From Styela clava (lineage: Eukaryota): a stretch of 64,000 nucleotides of DNA. The stretch lies in NCBI RefSeq assembly GCF_964204865.1, contig NC_135263.1, positions 10,230,001-10,294,000 on the forward strand, written 5' to 3'. The position numbers and the translations under genes are program-made. Of this stretch, positions 1-14,200 are shown piece by piece (within the stretch, counting starts at the first letter, position 1; every line of letters begins with the position of its first letter). The notes under the pieces are model-generated. The model was not told where the DNA came from. It worked only from the letters and a program-made list of their open reading frames with translations, and made no database searches.

Positions 1-328
1 CATTGTGACTCCAATTTAGCAAGACCCATCTTTAGCTCCCAACCGACGATTTCCTGATTTGACGTGCATGAACTCTGTGAATGACTGCCTGCTCACAAGA
101 GGAGTGTAACCGTCTCATAAGTTATGGAACTGGGAAGCAAAATATTTTAAAGAATTCCGTGATCAAAGAAACTTGTAGAAATGATCTGCTAATAAAAATC
201 CCTTTGCAAAATATGCCAACAGCCACAAGGGCGACGGTGGGATACAACCATGCTCATCAAAAATTGAAATGAATGTGAATACCGTTCCACTGTGACTATA
301 ACACAATAAAATCAATATATCAAAATTT

Positions 329-1083
329 CGGAGCTCCCAAAGTATGTGTGCCAAGATGACGCACAACCTGTACATAGTATGTGTACTGGAGATGAACCGA
401 TGTATCGGTATCGGCCAATTTTCCGGTATCGCTATTGTATCGGTTAGATGAAGACCGATATTTTCGATATGTTTACCTTTTTGATATGATCCATAATGTT
501 CTAAAAAATAGGTTGGAATACTGATGTTTAAATTATTTTTTGCTAGGGGGAATCGTGGACTATGAGCCATGCACGTCCCCACCCCTGCGAGTAGAAACGA
601 GAATAAGATTCTGACCTGTTCTTAGTTTTTTATCAGCCAAACGCTCAACCGATATTCTTAAAACCACAAAAAACGATGTTCGAAGGTCGCGAAGGTTCGA
701 ATTACACATCCCTGGCTATGAGGTTTCCAATTGAATACGGAGATTACTAGCTTCAGTACACGATGCATCTAAATTAATTAAGGCAACGTATCCCAAACAT
801 CAATTTCGTAAGATGTATTATAATCCCTTTTTCAATCTGAATTAATGTGCACTATGAATAATGCTTAAAGACTAGTGTTTTAACCCGTCTGCCTTTCACA
901 CTTGAGATAATATTAACATAGTATCGGAATATCGTTGATATCGGTCGTTTTTCAATATCGACATATCGGTATCGGCGTTTTTAATTGGTATCGGAGACAA
1001 AAGTGGTATCGGTACATCTCTAAATTGTGTACCAGGATAGGGTTCAGTTGTGCGCCATCTTGGTACATATACTTCGGGAGCGC
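329..1083. mobile_element. Small palindromic MITE interrupted by a nested hAT-like element (387-1022)
   Basis: The outer arms gagctcccaaagtatgtgtgccaagatg...catcttggtacatatacttcgggagc match the uninterrupted copy at 24425-24539. The inner TIRs TGGAGATGAACCGAT/ATCGGTACATCTCTA match the family at 49961-50378. The flanking duplication atgtgtac/ttgtgtac is imperfect. Confidence 0.7.
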
Positions 1084-1539
1084 AAAAATTTCTTCATAGT
1101 CTGCATCTGAGGCAACGAGTTGGTGGTTTAATTTTTATTCGGGAATTAGCAAAATTTATTTTAAAACAACAAGTTCGGATGGAAAATAAGGACGATAAAA
1201 TATAAACTTACATAATTCAAGAACAATTGACACAGTAGTAAAAGAGAGCCTTTTTTGTTCCAACCAGGTCAATAACAGTGTCAAACAATAAGTATTTGTT
1301 TTTCTACGAATATTCATTCTACAATCCAATAAACATGATTTCAAGTAGGTATCAACCCCCCTCAAATGTGGTGTACCTGTGTTTGGGCGAAGGTAGGTAT
1401 CACAACAGGCAATTTACCGGAAGTGTAGACTAGTTACAGTAACCTCAATAACAAGATACTCGGCTAACCGAGCTAGGTCAGGTTGGGAAACAGTCAACCT
1501 GTACTACAAATATCATTTTACAACTACAACTATCCAGGT

Positions 1540-3110
1540 TTACAGCAAGAATAACCTCATAGACGAGAAAATTCCACTCCATCGGCAGTTGCAAGTTATT
1601 GACGAAACAGCTAACACTGATCAATGGAAACAGAACTGATAAAAATTATTTACGACCTAATTTAAATAGGAATAAATTCTGGGCAAATTATATTCCCAGA
1701 AAATATCAGGTTTTTAGTTGGAAGATTTTACACAGTGGGCTTCCAACTGGAGAACGAGAGAGCTACGCACAAATATATGGACACGTTAGACCAGAGAGTC
1801 AGTCTTTACCGGTACCTTTGACGCTACCGGTACCCTCAAAAAAGTTCTGAATTTCCAGTAGCAAGAATTTTGCAGAATCAAAACGTACAGCCAGTCATGA
1901 CACTGACTAAAATCCGTGTTCCCATGGATAAAAAATAATACAGCAAAATTTTAGACGAAATATCAAATTTCATAGAATTCACGCAAAATTTTGAAATAAA
2001 TAAAAGTAATAGCCTTCTAGCGAAGAAATTAATCTTTAACCACTGAAAATTTCAAAGCAATTGGTCCAGTATTCGAAGAGAAAAGCGATTTTTTAAAAAC
2101 GTGTCAAAGAACAAGAACAACAACAACATAATATTGAAACGATCGTTATGGCCACTAAACGTGTCCAAAAAGTCAGACATTGGGATTGGGCTGATGAAAC
2201 AAATTGCAATTGTGTATTTTGTAACAGAGTGATAGAAGATTCCGTGCATTTGTTTTTTGGAAATGGCTAAATTCATCAAATTATATTGAGCATAGTATTT
2301 TTACATGAGAGGTTGAAACAAAATCATTAAATCTAATTATCTCTTGTGGTAAAGCAGCAATTTTGAATTTTAGAAATGACAAGGAAATTCCACGCCATCG
2401 GCAGTTGCAAGTCCTTGACAAACCAGCTAGCACTAACGATGAAAAATATCTCTAAACTTAATTTTCGACCTAGTTTTAATTGGAATAAATTCTGGGCAAA
2501 TTATATTCCCAGAAAATATCAGGTTTTTAGTTGGAAGATTTTACACAGTGGGCTTCCAACTGGAGAAAAAAGTCAGACATTGGGATTGGGCTGATGAAAC
2601 AAATGGCAATTGTGTATTTTGTAACAGAGTGATAAAAGATTCCGTGCATTTGTTTTTTTATTGTTATTATAAAAAATCTATTTGGAAATGGCTAAATTTA
2701 TCAAAATATACTGAGCATAGTATTTTTACATAAGAGGTTGAAACAAAATCATTAAATCTAATTACCAGTATCTCTAGTGGTAAAGCAGCAATTTTGAATT
2801 TTAGAAATGACAAGGAAATACCACGCCATTGGCAGTTGCAAGTCCTTGACAAACCAGCTAGCACTAACGATGGAAAATATCTCTAAACTTAATTTTCGAC
2901 CTAGTTTTAATTGGAATAAATTTTGGGCAAATTATATTCCCAGAAAATATGAGACATTGGGATTGGGCTGGTGAAACAAATGGCAATTGTTTATTTTGTA
3001 ACAGAGTGATAAAAGATTCTGTGCCTTTATTTTTTCCTTGTTATTATGAAAAATCTTGTTGGAAATGGCTAAATTTATCAAATTATACAGAGCATGGTAT
3101 TTTTACATGA
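1540..3110 (+). repeat. Tandemly amplified (~430-bp period) fragment of an L1/Tx1-type non-LTR retrotransposon ORF2 C-terminus (zf-RVT)
   Basis: The motif gaaattccacgccatcggcagttgcaag recurs at ~1567, ~2383 and ~2814. Translations read WANYIPRKYQVFSWKILHSGLPTGE and NCVFCNRVIKDSVHLFFYC (CxxC...HxxxxC zinc knuckle). The copies carry frameshifts. Confidence 0.75.
1753..2167 (+). mobile_element. Helentron-associated (HINE/DINE-1-like) non-autonomous element, family 2
   Basis: It interrupts actggaga|aaaaagtcagac, which is contiguous in the sister repeat at ~2558-2580. It starts AACGAG, has subterminal inverted repeats tggacacgtt/aacgtgtcca, a 3' hairpin tggccac..gtgtcca and an (AAC)n tract, and shows no TSD. 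Confidence 0.6.
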
Positions 3111-3188
3111 TAAAGCGAATATACAACCGTTAGGTGTCGTCGAGTGAAAACGCCATATGTTGTATGGTGGCGGTCCCTTCGAAATGTA

Positions 3189-3391
3189 CCGTAAAACCTC
3201 TATTTCACCGCCATATCGCTCTATTTCACCGCCATATCGCTCTATTTTTCAACTCTTCCCCAATAGTGGTGTTCTATCAGAGGCGACGTTCAATTAGAGG
3301 GTGGCGCTCTATTTTTCAACTCTTCCCCGATAGTCAGACAGTGGTACCATGGTGTTCTATTACAGGTGGCGCTCAAATACAGGTTTTACGG
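3189..3391. mobile_element. Tc1/mariner-pogo-type MITE
   Basis: TIRs CCGTAAAACCTCTATTT / AAATACAGGTTTTACGG, flanked by TA on both sides, with internal short repeats (ctctatttcaccgcc). Confidence 0.75.
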
Positions 3392-3732
3392 TATTTGCCG
3401 TTTCCCGATACGCACCATTCTGCAATTTGAACAGTGATTTCTCGGGCCAGAAGTTATCGTGTTATTGCTTTTTTGACACAGATACGGTACAGATGTAAGC
3501 TATGGTACGGTACCGTAAGTTCACTAGTCTAACCTTTAATTGCACAGGCGTTAAACATTTGTGACCTCACGGTACCTACTTCTGTACTTTGCCATCCTGC
3601 CATCGGAAATATCCAGATATATTTTCTATTTCAGTATTTGATAGATCAGGAAACAGGGAAATAATGAAATAAAATATATTTAGCTTTGATGTTCAGATGT
3701 TAGAATAATTAGGTCTGAAGCATTTTGCACAG

Positions 3733-5520
3733 ATGGACGAGAATAACTTGGACTTGCTTTGTGCTATAGAAGTTGATGATGGATTGGAAGGACGATTGAA
3801 AGATCGGGGAATTTCAAGGAGAAATGTACGCAGCATAATTCATGAGCTGTTCACCAATGAAAGCGTTTTAAAGTTATTAGAAACGGAAGACGCAGAACCT
3901 GAACTGGATTTTACAGATGCTCCAGTCACAAGGTCGAAAAGGCCACGAACCGAGTTTAATGACGAATTCAAATATTTGGATTTGAGCACCGGTAGTGTCG
4001 AATTTCACAAACTCAATAATGACAATGAAATAAACCAAAATGAGAATTCTCTCGTTTGTTGCAATGATGACACCTTTGATTCAACTCGTGATATCCATAT
4101 TGAAGGTTATGATGATGATGGGAAGTTTAACTGGCAGACGTGGTTGACAGGGCTTGAAAATACTGAAAAGGATACTGCTGAAAAACGGGATGAATATGAT
4201 TCCGAAGAAGATCCAGACTTCAATTTCTTGGCGGAAGCAGAGGAATTTGATGTTGAAGATTTTAGGGATGACTGTGTTACAAGAATATCTAAACGAGAGC
4301 TAAGGAGTCTAAACCTGCGGAAACGGTCAACTGCGAGAAAGAAGAATACTGCTTCTAATGAAAATTCGACTGGAAATGAGATTTCTTCAACGGACAAAAT
4401 TTGTAGTCTAAATATTGATGATTATAAAAAATGTAAAACTGTGCGTGAGAAGTTGATGATATTGCGATGTAATCCAAAGTTGAAAAGCTCTATTATTACA
4501 ACAAGATCCAAGCGTGTAAAAGCACAAAAAAGAGACTTGAGTTTCACTATACAGCAAAAAGAAAACCTTTTGCAGCAAATGCAACAACATGTACAGCTTC
4601 TTACTCAAGTTTGTTTATTGGAGCAATATAGCATTGAAACTTTTTATAAATCACGAATGCTATTGTATGAAATTGATTATTTTCGCCAGAATAGTTTCGA
4701 CTCTCAAAAGACTCAATTCAATATACCTTGTCTGTCCGATGCACTAAGCATTGTTCAGCAAATATCTTCATCTACAAAGCTTACTACTTGCAAAGATAAT
4801 TTTGACAGAGAAATGAAAATCATTGCTAACAGTAATGTTTTCATGTATAAAGAGTTACTTCCAGTCATTGTAGGTGATAAACAATTACATAATGGAAAAA
4901 GGCCTTTTTCATTTCATGAGGATTGTTTAATCGCTCGTGGAATACATGAAATGTCTGGGAATTTTATTCTTACTACTTCAGAACTTATCTCACGATTTAT
5001 GCTTCCATGTCGTACAAGTAAAGAAATAAAAGCACATATCAACTATTTCAGTTCAATTCGAAGTGTTAAAAACGCTACAAACCCTATTGTGCAATATAAA
5101 GCATTTAAAGTGCTTCCCGAACCCGCTGACACAATCATTCCAGTACTGCCTTACGACGCTAAATCACCAATGCAAATGGATGGAGACCTTCCTGAATGGC
5201 TGACTTCACTTCAGCAGGGTTCATCTTCTCAAATTTTTGAAAACGGTAGTTACGAATTGGATGTGAATTCCACTGAGACTGAAATTGTTAATCAATTAAT
5301 TACACACAATTTTAAGAGAATAAAACCTGTGAAAGTGTCAAAAAATTGGACTAGAAAATTGGATGAATTGATTCTTACGACTTGTAAATGTCATGATGGT
5401 GCAACAAAAGGAGCATTAGATATTCTTGCACGTGATATCCCAACCAAGACAAAGAGTCAAATTAGGAGACGGTTTTACAAATTGTTATCAATATTTCATA
5501 AGTCCGTGGTCAAATCGTAA
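3733..5520 (+). CDS. GON4L: GON-4-like protein (GON4L/YARP family), compact 595 aa, single-exon CDS
   Basis: Conserved blocks RRNVRSIIHELFTNE, acidic EEDPDFNFL...VTRISKRE, FTIQQKENLLQQMQQHVQLLTQ and FSFHEDCLIARG, plus a C-terminal SANT/Myb-like WTRKLDELIL...QIRRRFYKLL. The acceptor ttttgcacag abuts the ATG. Confidence 0.8.
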   Translation: MDENNLDLLCAIEVDDGLEGRLKDRGISRRNVRSIIHELFTNESVLKLLETEDAEPELDFTDAPVTRSKRPRTEFNDEFKYLDLSTGSVEFHKLNNDNEINQNENSLVCCNDDTFDSTRDIHIEGYDDDGKFNWQTWLTGLENTEKDTAEKRDEYDSEEDPDFNFLAEAEEFDVEDFRDDCVTRISKRELRSLNLRKRSTARKKNTASNENSTGNEISSTDKICSLNIDDYKKCKTVREKLMILRCNPKLKSSIITTRSKRVKAQKRDLSFTIQQKENLLQQMQQHVQLLTQVCLLEQYSIETFYKSRMLLYEIDYFRQNSFDSQKTQFNIPCLSDALSIVQQISSSTKLTTCKDNFDREMKIIANSNVFMYKELLPVIVGDKQLHNGKRPFSFHEDCLIARGIHEMSGNFILTTSELISRFMLPCRTSKEIKAHINYFSSIRSVKNATNPIVQYKAFKVLPEPADTIIPVLPYDAKSPMQMDGDLPEWLTSLQQGSSSQIFENGSYELDVNSTETEIVNQLITHNFKRIKPVKVSKNWTRKLDELILTTCKCHDGATKGALDILARDIPTKTKSQIRRRFYKLLSIFHKSVVKS

Positions 5521-5659
5521 AATCTTTCTAATTTGATCCTTTTTATTTTCGTTTTTCAATTCTTTATGATTTAACACTGTGCATTATCGATGTAATAGTC
5601 ACTTATTTATTGGGTGGATACTTTGTGATTTATGTTGAAAAATGTATTTTACAGCTCCT

Positions 5660-6571
5660 ATGCTAGCTATTTGGCAACGTTTTAGAATGGCAAAATTTTA
5701 TGCCGTTTTTCGAGGCCGTAAAGCAGGTGTATACACAACATGGAACGATTGCAAAAAACAAGTTGATGGCTTTAAAGGGTGTATCTACAAAAGTTTTGCT
5801 GGAGAATCTGAAGCTAAGATATTCGCTAAAACTGGAGAAGTTGGATTAGCTGTAAATAAATTAGACAAGCCTTCCAGCTCCAACGTGTCTACAGCTGCTT
5901 GCTCGATAGACTCGAAAATATTGATGGATATTTTTGGAGATCCAAACGATGATGTATATTCCGATGAAGAAGGGCTTACTGTAAAATCAAAATCGGCCAA
6001 AAAAAGGAAATTGGATAGTTCAAAGAAAACCAAACAAGCCAAAGTTTTGAAAATAGATACAGGCTTAACATGCCATGGCTCTAACAAAAAAATTATCAAT
6101 GATATGGCATTCAGCGTTGATGAAAAGTCAAACCCTGTTGTGTACACTGATGGTGCATGTTCCAATAATGGTAAAAAGAAGGCTGTCAGAGCTGGGTATG
6201 GCGTGTGGTGGGGTGAAAATCACCCTCTGAACATTAGTGCCCGGTTGGAGGGAGTACAGACAAATCAAAGGGCAGAAATAGCTGCAGCCAATGCCTGTAT
6301 AAAACAGGCTGTCGATAAAGGACTCAAATCCATAACCATAAGAACTGATTCTATGTTTATAATTAATTGTATAACAAAATGGGTACCTGGTTGGTTAAAG
6401 AAGAAGTGGATCAAAAGTGATGGTAAGCCTGTTGTGCATAAACCGGAATTTATGACAATGCTAACAAATTTGAAAAATGTAGATGTGAAATGGGAGCATG
6501 TTAGAGGACATCAAGGTATCTATGGCAATGAAATGGCAGACAGATTAGCTGTCAGGGGTGCCACAATGTAA
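5660..6571 (+). CDS. RNASEH1: Ribonuclease H1 (hybrid-binding domain + RNase H catalytic domain), single-exon CDS; alternative ATGs at 5660 and 5687
   Basis: N-terminal HBD FYAVFRGRKAGVYTTWNDCKKQVDGFKGCIYKSF. Catalytic motifs VYTDGACSNNG, QTNQRAEI, IRTDS and HVRGHQGIYGNEMADRLA. The ORF-track start at 5642 overlaps the acceptor tattttacag and is probably not used. Confidence 0.95.
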   Translation: MLAIWQRFRMAKFYAVFRGRKAGVYTTWNDCKKQVDGFKGCIYKSFAGESEAKIFAKTGEVGLAVNKLDKPSSSNVSTAACSIDSKILMDIFGDPNDDVYSDEEGLTVKSKSAKKRKLDSSKKTKQAKVLKIDTGLTCHGSNKKIINDMAFSVDEKSNPVVYTDGACSNNGKKKAVRAGYGVWWGENHPLNISARLEGVQTNQRAEIAAANACIKQAVDKGLKSITIRTDSMFIINCITKWVPGWLKKKWIKSDGKPVVHKPEFMTMLTNLKNVDVKWEHVRGHQGIYGNEMADRLAVRGATM

Positions 6572-7269
6572 TTGGTGTCCTATTTGATTCCAACAATTAA
6601 AAAAAAAGCCTTTTGTCATGTTCGCAAATATAAGGTTATTTTCACAGCCCAATGTGTTTTCTTCATTTGGAGACCTCTATCAAAATAAATGAACAAATTC
6701 TCTACATCTCCATTTTGTTGGCCTTAATATTATGATTTTACCAATCAATCATTAATGTAAGGATAGGGGAGTCGATTCATAATATACCCAAGTTTGCATA
6801 TAAATCTAATTTTCATACGTACTGTTAAAATAGTATTCAATCTGACCTTTACACTAAAACAGTTTTGAGATAAGGAAATCCATTCTAAGGAGGAGGATGC
6901 TGATATGAACTATATGCTGACCAACGTTCAATCATGTTTCAATATTACAATTTCAATAATTTCGTGTAGATATATTTTTTTAGTTTCGTTCAAATGCAAC
7001 TTTCTTATGATTATGACTTTTTTTCCTATTCTTTATTTCATTAAATGATGACAACTGCATTGCCAGGGAATTAGGGAGTATTTCTTGTTTTCAAAACCAG
7101 GTATCCAGTGTTGAGAGGAAATCACAAAGTACCTTATTGATGTCAAAGTAAATGTTGTGATTACGGTAATTAAAATTAGGTTGCTTCTAGGAATACCGTT
7201 TTTCACAGAGGGAGAAGTTTTAAGTGCGACAATCTTGTACTGGTACGCGTTTGCTCTCATCTCCTAAAA

Positions 7270-7530
7270 CTACCCAAATAATGGGCTGGGTCTAAGCGTT
7301 GTCTGATTTTCAGGGAATGGATTCTCCCGTAGATTACTTGACTATCTGTTGAGTTTACGGTCTTCATAGCCGCAACACGTACCAGACCATACATAAGTGG
7401 GAAATTGCTATCCCAAATGACCCACAAACAATGCCTATTGTCAATGTGACATTCACCCTTATTCAACTTTTACTTCTGCATGGAAGTTCGGGAGACACTG
7501 CTTGTCCAAACAGTGCGACAGGCAGCTTTA
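7270..7530 (-). mobile_element. Possible highly decayed BEL/Pao integrase C-terminal remnant
   Basis: The minus-strand translation GLVRVAAMKTVNST resembles the DGLVRxVxVKT motif of BEL/Pao pol ends. The rest is degenerate. Confidence 0.25.
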
Positions 7531-7609
7531 GTATCACATGGTTTCCCTACGGTTAGTTTCAATTTTTCCGCATGAACTTAAATACCGGTACACAACAAAA
7601 CAAAGAAGC

Positions 7610-7824
7610 AACGAGAATATCGGTCAGAGACGAAGACTTATAGATCGAAAGTTAGGGGATCCTCCAAAGCAGCGCTCTTGACACCTTTTGTCCCATCACT
7701 AATTAATCAATAACTCGCTAATTATACGGCATAATTCGCTTTCGTGAGATATCGCGTGCATCTAACAGACATACACACAGACAAATACCTGTCAACATAC
7801 TTACCGATTAAAATCGATAAGTAA
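7610..7824 (+). mobile_element. HINE/DINE-1-like element, family 1 (internally deleted copy)
   Basis: Homologous to 52456-52745 and, inverted, to 35837-36097. It starts AACGAGAATATCGG, has subTIRs acttat(c)gat/atcgataagt, a 3' hairpin acttaccgattaaaatcgataagt and an (ACAG)n-like tract. Confidence 0.7.
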
Positions 7825-8815
7825 TAATGCTCAAATACATGAACAAGAAAGTCCGATCGCAGCAGAGACCGAGAGCTGCTATCTTATTCTCACCACAAGT
7901 GTGTGAAGAGTTATGACTAAAAATAAAACAGCAAAATAGGCGAATAACTCTTAACTATATGGTCCCATACTACCATGAGAATTTGAGAAATATTAATAGC
8001 CTCTTGCAACTGCATTCATCTTTAAGTATTAGGAATTGAGTGTAGACCACTACTTGCGGAGAAAAGCGAATTAAGCATAGGTCCACTTGATGTGCAACAA
8101 CTTGGATTTGGCAATAATCCTCGCATATGATGTCACCATAACATTAGATACACAAAAATGAAATGTACAAATTGCGTATTTTATTTGAATATGGTACACA
8201 GGAACATTTGAGGGGTCTAAAGATGGGTAAGTCCGAACAAAAATCATTGACTACATATTTGGTTAATTGAAATGGGCACTCTGTACTAGTTGCTTTGCTA
8301 GTACTTTGTACTTTTGCTCCACAATCATTGCTTAAATAATGAAACACTTTTCTTAATGAGTCAGATATTAGGTGATATTTAAAGGAATACAGTTAGCCAA
8401 ACCAAGCACTGAATCGAACTTTTGAAAATTATGGTTACAAATCTAAAAGATCAACCTCAGATGTATTTTTCATCAAAGCCTGCTTTACTCAAGGGAGATA
8501 TGGTTTAATAGAGGCATAGCACTACACAAGGATAAAATGCCAAATTATATGAATGGAACTTTTTAAATTTAAGACTTTGGAACAAATGATAGAAAGCAGG
8601 GATGATCACAAAAACTTTAAAGGGGTTGAACTTAACAAGCATCAAATTAATAATACCCAAATACATATGAGACAAAAGCATTATATACAACAATAAATTA
8701 TTATATCATCAATAGCTAGCTAGTGTACAACTGAACATTGAAAGAGGCCTTCTTTATCTATGTTATCATGACTCTAACTTGAATCTTACTATCACAACAA
8801 ATTGTCATATCGAGT

Positions 8816-11269
<2,454 letters not shown>

Positions 11270-14200
11270 TTAAAATTTAATTCTGTACGGACAAAACATT
11301 TTATGAGAAAATATATGAAGAATGTTAATCATTACTACAACAAAGAAAGTGAGCTACATCAAAGAAAAGTAATATGATTTGGCATGATTTATTTTACCAT
11401 TCTTCAGATAACTGTACAGTGCTCCTATCTGCACCAAATATCACCTGTAATTTATTGGGTTAGAATAAGAACCCCATGCAATAAAAAAAATGAAGAACTA
11501 TCAGTCTCCATAATTACACTTTGCATCAATGGGAAGTAGTAATCTGAAATAAAATAAACTTCACAAATGTATCTAATTAAATAAAGAGTAATAAAAAATT
11601 TGCCTAAGCATTCCATGTAATACAAGAATCTTGCTGTACTGTTAACAGGAATGCATTTCTGTGAAGTTTTATTTCACTGAGGTCTAACTTCTTCACGTGA
11701 GTGTTCAACACTGAAGCATAGATATTTTTATTCTTGCATCTTAACATCAACTGATAGTTGTTTATGAATAATCCAATTTTTACCCAATTGCAGAACCAAA
11801 TATAAGCTAGTTAAGCAGTCAAGACAGCTACTTGAAAATGTGATATTTTGTGATTGGTAACATGACTTGGTATAATGGTATGTTATCTTGCGGATATGAT
11901 CCTAAGATGCAAAGAAACACATAGTGGAATTCTAGAATACACTTCCATGCAACCCATATTCATTCATTCCCAACTGTCCAAGACATAAACTTGATACTGT
12001 GCCGCTGATTGACAAGGAGGACATTCACTGTATGCTATGGGGTATTTGAGAGAGTTACCCTCTTTTATACAAATTCATTCTTATTTGAAGTTCAGATAAT
12101 TCGGCCCGAATAGTATTAATTTAAACCCGTTCCAATAAGACCAAAGAATGACATTATGTACTGCTTAGCCGGAAATAGTTAAAAATAAATTACAATTTTA
12201 ATTGCGATTAGATCCAAGATAGTGACAGGATGAATACTCTTGAAATATTTCAATAGTGCACATAGATGGAAAATCAATCCTATAATTCTCATTTTATCAT
12301 ATAGTTTAGACTTGTCATAACTCACAAGTTGAAAAAATACTTTTACATGGGGATATGATATATATTACAAATACAGTATGGTTACTTTGTGAATTAGCCG
12401 TTAATAGAGCACTAATGGAATCAAATAACAATGAAAATTAGGTTAGAAATTACTGAGGAAGAGAAGTTTTCAGCTATCTAGAACAAGCTAGTAGAAATGC
12501 AAATAGAGAATTGAAGTCTATTACGATCAATTTATAACACCATAAAAATTTTATGCCTCACTTACATACATGCATCAAACAATCTGGACCAAAAAATTTT
12601 GAGATCCGATAAAGCAATTTTCTACCTTCAGCTCCTTTCCTGTATAAGTTGCACCACAAGTAACAGAATTTGTATCATCTATAATCATTTAGGTCTATGA
12701 GGTATTTTAATCTAAAATCTGAAAAAAATTTCAAGAGAACAATGTACAAATCATATTAAGAAAAGAAAAAATTGTGTGTCAAAAAAGAGAAACTAAAACA
12801 ATAATATCAGCATATCAAAAAGAAATGAGGACATGAGAACTGTGAACTCATAAAAATATTAATATATATTGTACTCAATAATCAATGTCAAATCACACCA
12901 CAATTAAGAACAAGAACGGGACATGAGTGATTAGTTGGATTGATAGAGGATGTACCCCTCAAAAAAAAATTCTGCCCCGAATGGGATCAAGGAAAAATGA
13001 TTCTCAAGAAAGTTGCTATATATGGAGCATTAGAGAGTAGAATTTTCTAGGAAAGAAGCATGATTTAGGAAATGTATTCTCATCGAAAGTGAGATAAAAT
13101 ACCTAAACAACAAATATTAAGCAGGCAAAGGCATGAGTTACAAGACCATGTGCTCGACTTCAAGTTCTTATACTATATCAAGAAGAACAATGCATAAGAA
13201 AAGCACAACATAATGTACGTTCTGAAATACACATTTTGTTTATCATAATCGAAAACAGATTAGTTTAAATATAAAAGGTGTAATCACACAATTATCTTTT
13301 GAATGACAATTCAAATTAAAAAAATTACGGTCAAACTACTCTTTAGCAAATATCAAATAATTATCATCCTATGATGCAATAGCGCTTCATATATAAAGTT
13401 TAGAAGAAATTGTAATGGCATAGGCATGAGATATAGGCTTATCTTAAGATATGCCAACTTAACCTCATGAACAAAGCTATCAAAGCAACTAAAAAAAATC
13501 ATTTTTCGACACTACCAATCATTTCTGAAAAGTTGCATGAAATTTTCAACCAAAAAATTTCTGAAACAGGAATGGCAAGAAACATATTTTGAAAAATATC
13601 ATTTTAATATAAGTACCACCAGGATTGGGGACCACAACTGAAAATTGAAACCAGAATATATAGATTAAGCTACAAGGCAGCAGTAGGGCAGTTAGCCACA
13701 ATGAATGGTGAAAAGCCGAACATATACAAAAGTATATACGATACTTATCTATTATTTAGTTCTTTCAAAAATGAGGAATACTAATGTATCTCTTCACCAG
13801 AATAGGTGAATATAACCCTTAAAATGGGCAATTAACTATTATTATCATAGTTTATTAACAAACAGTCCAATGTCTAGAGTCATCGATCTATCATATCGAC
13901 TAAAGCCTAAAAGATGTCTAAAATTCACCTTTTTTTCCTTAGATATCCTGCTAAATAGATTAATTATTCTGGGAAATCATGATGTATATATAAATTCATT
14001 AACACAATTATTTAAATACATTTATTCTCGAAATGCATTACCATTAACTTTTATGAGGACAACTTTTCAGGGCTATCAATGGGTTTTAAATAAAAAATTG
14101 AGGTAATAAAGTGCAGACTAAAACATGTACGTGTCAGCAACGAACTCTTATCACTTGTACAAATAAATGTGAAATAGATAATTTCAATCAAAGAAATTAA

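Noticed and set aside
163-582. 139-aa minus-strand ORF
   Set aside because: It runs through nested MITE sequence and has no recognisable domain.
5642-5659. ORF-track start codon for RNase H1 (MYFTAP)
   Set aside because: The ATG lies upstream of, and overlaps, a strong acceptor (tattttacag), so it is probably removed from the mature mRNA.
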